This document shows, in pieces, positions 23,722 through 35,292 of a DNA stretch of 64,000 nucleotides. How positions within the stretch are numbered: position 1 is the stretch's first letter; each line of letters opens with the position of its first letter. Under the pieces are notes generated by a model. That model ran no database searches. It was given only the letters and a program-made list of their open reading frames with translations, and was not told where the DNA came from. Source of the DNA: Macrostomum lignano (taxonomy: Eukaryota); NCBI GenBank assembly GCA_002269645.1, contig NIVC01000092.1, positions 186,001 to 250,000 of the forward strand, written 5' to 3'. A program made the translations under genes and the position numbers.

Positions 23722-24412
23722 GGACAATCAGGCCTTTATTGGCCTCCTTATCAGCCTCAGTTTCCGCTTTCTTGAAGCAGAAGCCCTTGTCCATGATGTA
23801 GGCTGCCACCACCAGGATGAAGAATAGCAGAAAAGTGACCACGCCCTCCCAGAGGTCGATGAAGTCCGGTGAGCTGCACACAAGAATAATGACCAGCCAG
23901 ATGTAGGCAAACTCGGAGAAGGTGGCCGTCACACAGAACACCATGAACTGCTTGATCCGCTTGCCTTCATCGTTGACGGAGCAGATGCACACGGCGGTGA
24001 TGATCAACAGGTTGAAAGCGGCGCTACCGACGATGGTTCCTGGCCCAAGTTCGCCCGCCTCGAACCCGTTGCCGATGATCTCAATGATGGAGAGCAGGAT
24101 CTCCGGTGCACTTGAGCCCAGCGCCATCAGGGATAGGTTGGCCACGGTGTCATTCCAGATCTTAACGTCCACCTGCTCGTCCACGCCGGTGTCCGAGTTA
24201 AAAAATGTCATTTTCCTTGTAGCACTTGTGATTCGTTCGATCGAGGTCATGAAGACATCAGCAACGATAGAGACGCCCATGAATGACCAGAGTAGGCCAA
24301 CTAGGTAGAGTACAGCGCGCACCTCATTTCGCCAGGTGGACTCGTCCAGCAGGGGCAGGATGAGGGAGCTGGCATTCTGGCAGAGAAAAGTTCCGCCGCT
24401 GCAGTTGGACAT
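23722..24412 (-). CDS. SLC8A: Na+/Ca2+ exchanger (SLC8/NCX), exon 1: TM1-5 with alpha-1 repeat
   Basis: RAVLYLVGLLWSFMGVSIVADVFMTSIERIT, WNDTVANLSLMALGSSAPEILLS, GPGTIVGSAAFN. Donor C|GTGAGT at 23722/23721. Confidence 0.95.
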
Positions 24413-25409
24413 GGTCCTGCTGGATTACGCGCTGTTTTTTGGCGATCGTTGGTCTCTTTTCTAGGAAAATTGTTGTTAAAATTTCTTTAAACTATTATTT
24501 ACCGATTACTTAAGTTTGAAGAATCATGGCTAGGCGATAATGCTTTAAAAATTTTGTAGTAAACTAGCAGCTTCAGATGATTTTTACCAGTTTAATTTAC
24601 AGTATTATAACACGTATTTTTTTAATCACTGTATACATGTAAAAGAATCAGCTTTTTTATATTTATATTATATTTATATTATATAAGGAGAGATTATTAT
24701 ATATATTATATTATATTTGCTGCAATACATGGTACTTACCGAAATGTTTTCTTTCAAATTAATAAAATATATTTTGCAGTCGTGGATAAAATGAGAGCTT
24801 AGCGACTCGTATCGTATTTTTTATAAGTATTCATGCTTAAATATTGAACTACATATATTTTCGCGTATCGAACAAAAACAAAAGTGCAACTAAACGAAAG
24901 AAACATTACAAAAATTGTTTGAAAAGTAATTTCTAATGCGTTTTGGCCTAAATAATAATAGAATAAAGTCGTTATGCAGCTCACTTTGTTTTTCTGGGTG
25001 CGTCAAAAAATCAAATAAACATTTTTATTTTCGTGATATGCGGTGATCTTAGCATGAAATGACGTGATGGCTTACTCCAATAGCATATTAAGATGATTAG
25101 CAACAATTTTTTTCTATGGAAGACAAATTATGTTGAAATGTTAAAGAAGCAGAGAAATTACTCGCTTTCTTTATAGAAAATTCAATAAAGTAGACTTATC
25201 TATAATAAAAACTGATATACATATCTTACGGGAAATTAGAAGCAAATTTTAATTGCAAAAATATTATCTTTAATTCTTTTATAAGTATCTATTTTTATTA
25301 AAAAATTGCTGCTTTGATAATGTTTTGTGCTATAGCTTATTCAATAAAAAGTTCTTTAGTTTTAGTTGGTTTTAATATTTATTTCGAAATAAATACAATT
25401 TAAAATATA

Positions 25410-25673
25410 CTCAGCAACATCGAAAAGTCGCCATCACAGAAAATTCCGTCTGTAGTCGCGACTTTTGAGAGTGCAGGTAAAGTCTCTCAATCTTTGCGAG
25501 TGTCGCAACTCAGCTACGCCGCGGCAGACTCGAGTTGAGGAATGAAGTGAGGGGGGAGCGGTGTGCGAGGGTTGGACGGATTAAAGCCACCCCGATCAGT
25601 TTTCTCGTATCTTTTATTTCAGAATAAATCCAAGAGAAATTACTTAGAGTGGCGACTTTTCAATGTTGCTGAG
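25410..25673. mobile_element. ~264-bp MITE with TA-flanked TIRs (Tc1/mariner-type)
   Basis: TATA|CTCAGCAACATCGAAAAGTCGCCA ... TGGCGACTTTTCAATGTTGCTGAG|TATA; a second copy lies at ~35 kb. Confidence 0.85.
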
Positions 25674-25987
25674 TATACTTGAAAAGAGGATGCATAGTTT
25701 ATTGCAATTCACACGCATTAGTCCTTTAGTCTGACTTATATTGGATAAAGTTCATTTTTGTATAAAAATATAAACGGTTGTTCTTAGTCGTGTACACATG
25801 GCCACGTGGCTCCAGAATTTTTCCCGGGAAGGTCACATGGATTATAACACTCAGCAACAGTCAAAAGTTCCATCCTTCAAGCGAGATGAAAATTTTCTCA
25901 CCTATTGCGATTGAATCAATAATAAACGTCAGTCGCACAAAATCATAACATTTTTTATGCAATATGCAATTATTATCGCGATGCTTA

Positions 25988-26230
25988 TAATAACACGTAT
26001 GGGATCCCCTCGCAGGCAGAAGTGCGGCAACTCTGTGGGGCATCCCCAAGATGAGGCGGCGCAGAAGTCCTGGGGAAGCTGCTGCCAAGCGTTTTCAACG
26101 GTATGACGCAGCTCCGCAACATTCTGTGGTGGATTCACTTTTCGAATGCTGCGTCTTTTAGTAAGTCCCAGGCATGCTCCATGGGATTCATGCCTGGGGA
26201 CCGGGAAGGCCAGCGCAGAATGCGCTGCAG
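25988..26230 (-). pseudogene. Tc1-family transposase C-terminal relic
   Basis: WPSRSPGMNPMEHAWDLL (Tc1 WPxxSPDLNPIE motif, D to G), then across frameshifts and a stop NPPQNVAELRHTVENAWQQLPQDF / LRRLILGMPHRVAALLPARGSHTCY. Confidence 0.85.
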
Positions 26231-27164
26231 CAGCTGAAGCTGTTTTTTACCGTTGCTTTTGTGGAAGGGTGGAAATTTTGACTGTTGCGAGTAGATGTTA
26301 TAGATTGGACCATTTCGTTGTGATTTTGAATTTGCTTCAATTCCAAGGAAAATATATGGTTTAATTTTGATGTTAACCTAAGGTGAGTATACGCGGGTAT
26401 ACCAGCTAATAAATGGTGTGTAGTATAGAAACAAAATTAAAAAACAAGTAAAAATGGCTCACATGTACGAATAATACGAGCTAAAAGATATAGTCGGACG
26501 GATTTATAAGGGCCGGGAGTTGTAACCTGCTTGTTACGCTCGTAGCTACGCGCAGTTGGTGTTTTTTAGCTCGCAATCTTTATAAATCAAGAAAGATGCA
26601 GGCTCATGAGAATGTACTCTTGAACATGACGCCCGTATTGCATTGCTCACTGAGTTTTTAGTTGCAGATTAATCCAATCTGAGAGTTGGAGAGGGCATGG
26701 GGGAGCTGCAGACAGAATATCTAAACACGCCATCCAATCACAAGAAAGGGAAGGGCAGACAGAGAACTCATTTTGGGTATAGGACTTGTTCACACCGTCA
26801 AGTACAGTCATAAAAATGGGTGTACATGTATCAATGGCTCCTATATACATTACGATCAAAGGCAAAAATTGGTGTGCAATGTCAAGCATAGATAACACGA
26901 GCTGACGAAAGGGTGACGACGTGGCTCACCTTAGGCCCTGACTGAATGGGACCAACTATACACATGCAATTTCATGTATTACACACGTACATCTCACAGC
27001 GGCTCCTTGGAGCAATAAAAGCGCAAAGAGCGCGTGTGTGACCGCAGAACTACTGTACATGTAGTTCATTCTCGGTGTTCAACCTAACGAACACAAAAAA
27101 TGATAACTACACCCTGATCTAATGTGCCATTTCTGAGCAATGAGAATTGCGATCGAAGAGAAAA

Positions 27165-27390
27165 TTTTCCCCCCGGCCCCACCCAACCTTGTGAACCGTT
27201 ATTATATCTATAATTTTGCTTCAGGGGTGACAAAATATAGTACCTGCGGCGTCAAAATGATTGCCTGCGGCGCCAAAATGAAAGACTGCGGGGCCAAAAT
27301 GAGTGCTTGCGGCGCTAAAATGAAAGACTGCGGCGCTAAAATGAGTGCCGGCGGGGCCAAAATGAGCGCTTCTGAAAATAGTTTGTACAT
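27165..27390 (-). mobile_element. Diverged partial copy of the 9526-10491 hAT element with a short version of the 21-bp array
   Basis: AATTTTGCTTCAGGGGTGACAAAATATAGTACCTGCGGCG is the reverse complement of 10365-10400; about 6 degenerate units follow. Confidence 0.75.
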
Positions 27391-30300
27391 GTACAGTACA
27401 TGTGATGAGGACGCACTTTTTTCCAAATCCCGCGCTAGCACATGGGCTCTAAACTTACTAGCCTACTAACAGTGGGCAATGGGCATTTTTATCCTTTTTC
27501 TGCGAATTGTCATAGAATCTATACTATATATAATGTTTGGTCATACTAGTAGTCATAATAACATAGGCGGAGCTTTTTGGGTCATAAATCATCGCTTTCG
27601 AAGCTGGTCTGACAGCCACCTGCGCCTCACTCAGTGTTGAGGCGGGCGCCAGATGGTCTGAGAGGATGCGGGCGGTAGCTTTTTTCTCATCATTTTGACA
27701 GGCCATCAAGATTTATGAGGTCAGAGCCTATTGTTTGTGTTCACTCAAGCGTGTGACAGCTTTGACAGCTATGCGTTTTACCCCTAAAAGTACTTTGGGA
27801 TTAGCGATTAATGATTTCTCTTCATTATCTTCACTTTCTATTTAACAAGAGCTTTCTAATGTATATTTTTTCATTAATTTCTGTCAATCCTACGCGAAAA
27901 GTCATAAATCATTTTGTTGCGATTTTGAGTGATTTATGGCCGCACCTGTCATCTTTTTACGACCCTGTGGGAACTGATAGGATCTCCCGGTCACGTGATT
28001 CTGGGTAGCAACAAGCTTAGCCAATCAGAAAATTCGGCGCTCATTTTAACAAATCGGCTCAGCCAATCAGAATCGACGTGTTCCATTATAACAAACTGCG
28101 GTCCAGTTGGCGGCTATTTAAACCGGTGTTTTTGGCCCTCTTGGACCAAACTCTCAGCTACTGCTCCTGGGACCTTAGCCTAGATTGAGACGTCCCGGAG
28201 CGCGACCGTCGTTTCTTGATCCCCGGATTGCGACCTCCCCCATCATCATCAAGGCCGAGTCCCCCCGGTCATCAGCAGCGAACATCAAAGTTAAGAGCAT
28301 CACCTGCTAGCTATCTGCGAAGACCGTGACATCAGCACCATCCCGGGCCTTCAGCTGCAGAGCATCAAGCCGATTCGGTCACTGTGGATTACCTGGTCTC
28401 CGGCTGTTGAGTTTCTGATTGGTTGGGTGAGAGGCTACCTAGACTTGCTTGATTGGGTGATCCCTTTTCTGTCCCCTGTTTCAGTAGCTGAATTAGGCGC
28501 ACACTTTTGCTCATTTTGTTCAGTAGTGCTGTTACTGAGGCAGAAATCATTCAATAATACTGCTAGTAGTCTAAGACTCCAATTCAATCTGAAGTGTGAA
28601 GTGATCTAAGGAGAAGGGTTAAATCTAACAGTTATTTTTATCGGTTTTATTTCTTTGTTCGCCGATGGCTCAGATGAGTAGCTAAGCTAGTAGGCGCCGG
28701 TCACAGTGGACCAATGGCAAGGCAGTTCTCAGTCGATCAATCTATCAAATCAGTTAGCGAAATTGCCAATAGTGCAGAATCGGCTCCAGAGATGTACTCT
28801 GTGCACTCTAGGTTAGCCAAGCGGCTCGGGTGATGAATCATGCGGTCTCTGATGTTCGAGTTAGTCTATCATCAGCGCTATGAGAGGCTAGTTGGCGCGT
28901 TGAAGGCCAAAAGTACAATTCTTCGTATTTAGCAATGTAATAGTACATGTAGCTACCCCATAGTCTCGCCACTGCAAGAATCCCCTGCACAAGTCCCCTC
29001 TGTACCTGAATGCACATGGTGACGCGAATTGCGCAAAATTGCACAAAATTACGTGAGAAAATTGAAAAAAATTGGGCAAGAATTGCGCAATAATTGCACT
29101 CAAATTGTTCATTAAGTGCAATAAAATTACACGAAATCACGCTTAAAATTACAATTTAATTGAGCATAAAATTGCAATTCAAGAGCTTAGAAATTGCCGT
29201 TGGAGTGGCACTTCAGAATATTGATACGCTCGTATTATAGTGCAGGTAAATTTTAAGACTTCCCAAATTTAGCACTCGATCTGCAATTTTCATTATATCT
29301 GCTCAGAATTGAACCCAGAAAAGTAATTAAGACACAGTAAAAACCACCGGTGTTATTTCGGAATACATTAAATTTTGCAATTTTTCAATAAGATGTTATA
29401 ATCATTTTTCAATCCAATACATTTCATTGTAATTTTTTATTTCACTTTACTACATATTAAAAAATAAAACTACAAACAGATACTAAATATAAACCTTTAT
29501 GGGCAAAAAACGATGCATAAGATACAAGAAAATACTTGCATAGATTAGTAAAAATTATTATTATTAAAATATTACTATTTAACTATTTAGAAAAATTATT
29601 ATTAAACCATTAATAAGCACACTGAACATTGAAACTAATTGAAAAATTCTTTTACATTTGAAGTGCAAAAGCGTTCTAAATAAACATAATTTATTAGTTA
29701 AACAATATTTTAACTTTCAGGGGTGCTGGCTGCATCAGCATGTTTATCTAAGCAGTTTAAAACTTTAAAGATGAAGCCTTTTACACATCTATGATGAAGC
29801 TTTTGGATACTTTTAAGTTCAAAACCTTTCTAGATTCCGAAATGAGACTTTCTAAGAACCCACAGGTAATTATTTTGTAGAATTGAATATTTAAAAAAAG
29901 ATCCCAGATAAAGTTAGGATTCACTTTTTGCTTATTTATAATTTTTTATCGCCTTTCCATGATCTTACTTAGACATTACTTTTTAAGGCTACCCAACATT
30001 GCCAGCCTGAAGCTCGTTAGAGCTTCCAGAAGTCAATTACAGTGATTACCTTGCAGTGATTTAGTGATTGCTTATTTAATGTTATTCCTATAGGCTATAA
30101 CTGATACTTAATGGTTTCCAGTATTGTCTTTCTTACGCTTGCCAGAAATGTCACGAAACATTTGATTTAACGATGCTCGCACAGATCTCCAGTTGTAGGC
30201 TGCAAACCATTCGGACAAAACAGCTCGAAGCTCCTCGACAGATTGCTCGTCCATCGCAATGCGCTCCGTTAAGCCATTCAGCTCAATAATTGCAGAAATG

Positions 30301-31532
30301 CAATACTCCTCACCGAAGCGTCAAAAAATGTACTTTATGTACATTGGAGTTTATGTACATTGGCCCGCTATGAGAATTCGATTTAGGAAACTATAGAAGC
30401 ACAAACTCGAAAGGCAACGGTTGGTCAAATTTGTCTGCAGCATGCCTTCGCTTTTGTGTGTTCATTTCTTGGCTGAAAGAGAAACACAATTGAGTATTGA
30501 GTCGAAGTTGCACTGCTTTATAATTATAAAAGAGTATTATATTATAAATAATAATTATAAAATAATTATATAATTAATAATTATAAAATAATTATAATAG
30601 ATTATAAAAACAAAGTAGCTTTTCGAGCCACTTATTTTATTTATTTATATAGATTTCATTTTAGAATTTTGGCATACCATTAATTTGTATATGGAATCAT
30701 AAAATATCATTTTGAAAACTTGCAACCAAGATTTTCATAAAACAATCTAGATATAGTGATATGATATATAGTCTAACAGACAATATATCAATAGAAGCCA
30801 AAATATCAAATACCTTAAAATAGTAGCTAATTAGTAAACAGAAGCTATACAAATGATTATACGCTCATAGCTAGGCCTAGTCATTAAGTCATTGATTAAG
30901 TTAGTAATCTAGTATATACCTATTTACTCAACTATCTTTTGCATATATTATGCTGTACCATTTAATAACCTGATAAGCTTCAGTTTGACTTTTAGACAAT
31001 ACATCAATTAATTTAATTAGAAAAAAGTAAATGTTTTTAAAAATAGCTATAGCTACATTAATTAAAAACCTATTTGTAGGCCTAGCTAATTGCCTATTAA
31101 ACAATGATGTTCAATTTCATGCTTCACTAATTTAATTTAATGTATAGCTCCTATAAATAGTAGAGCTACTAAAATAATTTTGAATTGAAATACATAATGT
31201 AATGACCAATAACAATGTAATTACAATTAAAGTATAACTTATTAATACAAAATTTTAGTCTACAAAGTGCCACTGCAGTATTAAAATTAATTGTATGCAC
31301 TTGCCTGATACTGAGAGAGCTCTAGTCCTAGATATAAGAAAATGATAGAAAAGTATAATTACATGTATGAAACTAAAAGATAAAGTTCAAATACAGAGTT
31401 GACAAAACATTAACAATGACATAGTACATAGACAATTGGTAGCTTTTAGTATTTTATAAAAGGAGCTATGAAAAATGAATTGGACAAACTCCAATAATGC
31501 TAGCTAGACTAGTCAATACTTATTAGTAATAG

Positions 31533-33169
31533 CAGTGCTGGGCAAGTTAATCAATTTTTTTAACTCGTTAAAAGTTAAAAAGTTAATTTAATTGCTCCAA
31601 AAAAATTAACTGTAACTAGTTAATTATTTAACTTTTGCCCAAAATTTAACTTCTGAAAAGTTAAAAGTTAAAGTTAATAATTCCCTAACAGAAAAAGTGA
31701 CATTTTCCTGGACATGTGTTCAGTGTGTTTTTTAAATTTCAGGTCGGCGCGGCGCGGCTGTGGCCAGGTCGCGGCGCCCTGGGGAGCTTGTCAGGGAATA
31801 CTCCCCTGGGAATTAGACCGGGGACCCTGGGGAGAAAAAAAGCATTTTTAACTAAATTTTTGCCATTTAAATAAGAAAATCATTCACAGAAAGCTGATTG
31901 AAACTCTGTCTATGCTTTTTTTACCACAAAACTGCTTATTTCAATGTATTATTTCAAACACAACACACGTTTGAATGGGGGGGGGTTCAGAAGACTGAAA
32001 TTTCACAACGCCGAAACACCATACTTCACAAGACCGAAACTTCATAAGACCAAAATTTCACATTGTAGAAAACTTTACAATAAGGATTGTATTGCATGTA
32101 GAATTTTCGGCGTTGTGAAATTTCGGTCTTATGAAATTAGCGACCCGTTTGAATGTTTTTTTTCACTATGAGTCTTTCAATCAAGCAAATTGAATGTACG
32201 AGCGTAGAAACCTGTCAGGAAAAAGAAGCCTTACTGACTATTGTGTTGGTCTACGTTGACGGCTTGACAGATTTGACACAGGCACAGCGCCATATCCTGT
32301 GTCAGTCACTGACGCATAGGGGGGTGTCATACAATAACAAAATACTCCGTATTAGACAGGACAAAATGGTGATTTACATGTATCTGCAAGAAATTAAAAT
32401 TCCGATTATAAAAACAGTCTCATTCATTAATTATCCTCCCACGAGTGCAGCTGCTGAGTATGCATTTTCCGCCTCCGGAGTCTGGACCCTTTCTGATAAA
32501 GGTGCGCGCACGATTTGGTGATGCCATGTTGTCAAATACAGTTTTAAACAAACATTGCTTAAATTTTTTACCCTTGCGCCTTGAACATGTAGTCCATCCA
32601 AAGCTTTAATCAAAGTTTAAAAAATGCCACTTAGTGACTTATAAAGATCTAAGTTATCCGCCGTTTTTTACTTATTTTTTCCCCGGGGTCCCCGTGGAAT
32701 GACAGTAAGTTCCCCAGGTCCCCAATAAGAAAATTCCCTGGGGAATCGACATCCCTATGTACAACGATAACTTCTAGTAGTCATTGGGTAGAATATCAAT
32801 AGATAATAGTTGAAGATTCCAGAATCTTCCGGAATATTCTATACATTATAACTTGTAACTGAAATATATACATGTAATAGTTTGTGACGCATTAAATAAT
32901 GCTTAGAAAGGCGAAGTTATTTTATGTATGTATTAATTTTACTTTTTAATGGCATATAAGCTGTTGAAACCCGCGGATTTTGAACCCGGGGAACTCCATT
33001 TCCCGGAATTATTAACTTTTGTCATTTAACTTTAACTTACAGGAAAAAATTAACGATTTTTGTTAACTAGTTAATACATAAAAAATTTAACGAAAATTTA
33101 ACGATTTTTTAAAAAATTTAACTAGTTAATTAACTAGTTAAACAATTAACTAGTTAACGCCCAGCACTG
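31533..33169. mobile_element. Non-autonomous hAT element with a nested second element
   Basis: TIRs CAGTGCTGGGC / GCCCAGCACTG. Exact 8-bp TSD AGTAATAG at 31525-31532 and 33170-33177. Subterminal TTAACTAGTTA repeats on both arms. Confidence 0.9.
31780..32757. mobile_element. Nested, probably truncated hAT-like element with a hATC dimerisation-domain relic
   Basis: Inverted GGGGACCCTGGGGAGAAAAAAA / TTTTTTTCCCCGGGGTCCCC. The right end reads TAGGGATGTCGATTCCCC on minus. Peptide PPTSAAAEYAFSASG (~32435-32480) resembles the hATC motif PATSxxxERxFS. Confidence 0.55.
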
Positions 33170-34981
33170 AGTAATAGCTAGCAATAATAGGACTAGAATT
33201 AGATAAACTAAAAAACTTTTTTTGAGTTTTACAATCTTAAGTCAAGACTACAAGAGTAAATAGCAAGGCTAAGTTCTTGTCATTTACGATAAGTGAAAAG
33301 CAAGTGGCATTACTAGCCTTCAATTTCAATTACAATGATAAAAAAAGCTAGTAAAAACAACAAAGGAGAAGGCAACAACAACAAGCAAGAGCAAGAAAGC
33401 AGCAATACGTCGTCGACGACCAATATGTGAGCAATAAGGCGCGCTGCTTTTTAAATTTAGCAAAGTTGTTACACTTTTAAACAAAAAATTCCTAAAATGG
33501 TAGATACACTTTCTATTGAATATACAAAGCAGATAGATTTCTAAGAAAAATCAATTTTATTTGTTTGTAAGAATTTAGAACACTTTAAATTTGTTCAGGG
33601 AGTCGTGAAAATGCAGTCATGTAAGTACAACTTATATTGTGCATATTTGCAGCTTATATAAATCATTTTATACCTCGATTTCGAAGACTTTGTCTATACT
33701 ATGCTTCAATATATTGCAATTCATTTTCTGTACTCGTCAGAATCTGCATGTAATCGTTAAAAAATAATTTCTTTTGGCAATCTACATGTAATAGATGCGA
33801 TGTAAATGTACCAGTAGCAAGGATATTTTTTATCTACTACTATACAAGTAATATTTAAAGCATATTTGAAATTGAAAAAATTGCAATATTCTTTGCAATG
33901 CGATTGCAAGAATTTCACTTTCTTGATATGTCTTTAACACTACTTACATAAGCATCTAAAGCGCACATGAAAGTTGAGAAAATTGCAAGTTCTATGAGAA
34001 AGAAATTGCAATTAAGTCAATTATTGTGAATAAAATTGCAAGTTTCAAATTTTTTCCTCAATTTCGGGTATCATGTGTGGCCAATGCGATCAAGTCCCAG
34101 CAGTGTCCCTTATCATCGGCTATGACTTCGAGATAGACAGCAAAAAGACACTAGTTGGCAGGTAAGTGCAAAGCCCCTTCTAGTCGGAAGCCCGATTTCG
34201 AGAGTCCCGGTGTGGTGAGCCAGGGCGCACGGGCTGGTGGCAGCAAGTTAGTTGATCTGCGGATTAGCTAATTTCTACTTTCAAAATTCTCCCTGCTCGT
34301 CTCTCGCTGTCCCTCTCTTAGCTATAGGACCCAGACTGCTCGCCACACGATCAAACTACCATGGGGCTGACCATCTGACAGGAGTGGGGGGCCAGGTCTC
34401 TAATTGATTTATTTCTGAGCCTGCGGCCCGAAGGCTTCCCTAACAAGGAGCCCGAAGGTCGAAACCCATCACATGTATATTTTTTGGCTTTGTCCCCCTC
34501 CACTATAAAATCCATGGCGACGCCCATGCATGTATACATGTACAGCAATTCGTCTGCATATTTTACATGCATCTCCGACTTCAGTGGACACCATTCATGG
34601 CCTCCACTGGGGTGCGGAGCTTCTTTGAATGATATCAAGACCTTCGTTCAAATCGACGTTTGGCATGTACATGTAACGGGCGACGTGGATGAAGAATATT
34701 GTAAATTCTCCGATCAAGCCTCAATAGTGAGCAAGCAACAACTATTCTTGGGTCAGTCTCAACCCATGCATCTCAAGCATTCAGTCATTATCCGGACGAC
34801 GTCAGAACATTCAAAATATAGCACCAGATAACTACATGTATATATATATGCCGTATGGGAGACCTTTTTGTGACTTTTAAACTGTTAGGTCTGTCAATAT
34901 AATACGTAGTAATATGTAACAAGCATGGTCCATTATATCAAGTCTCTAAATTAATTAATTTGAACTACAGTTACAAGTATA

Positions 34982-35292
34982 CTAAGTAACATTGAAAAGT
35001 TGCCACTCTGCGCCAGAAGCCCCAATACCAGTCTAAAAGTGTTAGCAAAGACTTTAAACATTTTTGTCCTATTTCTCTCGGACTATTCTGAAATAAAAGA
35101 TACGAGAAAACTGATCGGGGTAGCTTTAATCCGTCCAACCCTCGCACACCGCTCCCCCCACTTCATTCCTCAACTCGAGTCTGTCGCGGCGTAGCTGAGT
35201 TTTGCGTCACTCGCAAAGATTGAGAGACTTTACCTGCACTCTCGAAAGTGGCGACCATAGACAGAATCTTCTGTGATGGCGACTTTTCAAGT
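34982..35292 (-). mobile_element. Second, inverted and diverged copy of the 25410-25673 MITE
   Basis: Reverse-complement match over about 200 bp (TAATCCGTCCAACCCTCGCACACCGCTCCCC, CTCAACTCGAGTCTG, TTGAGAGACTTTACCTGCACTCTC); degenerate TIR TATACTAAGTAACATTGAAAAGTTGCCA. Confidence 0.85.
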
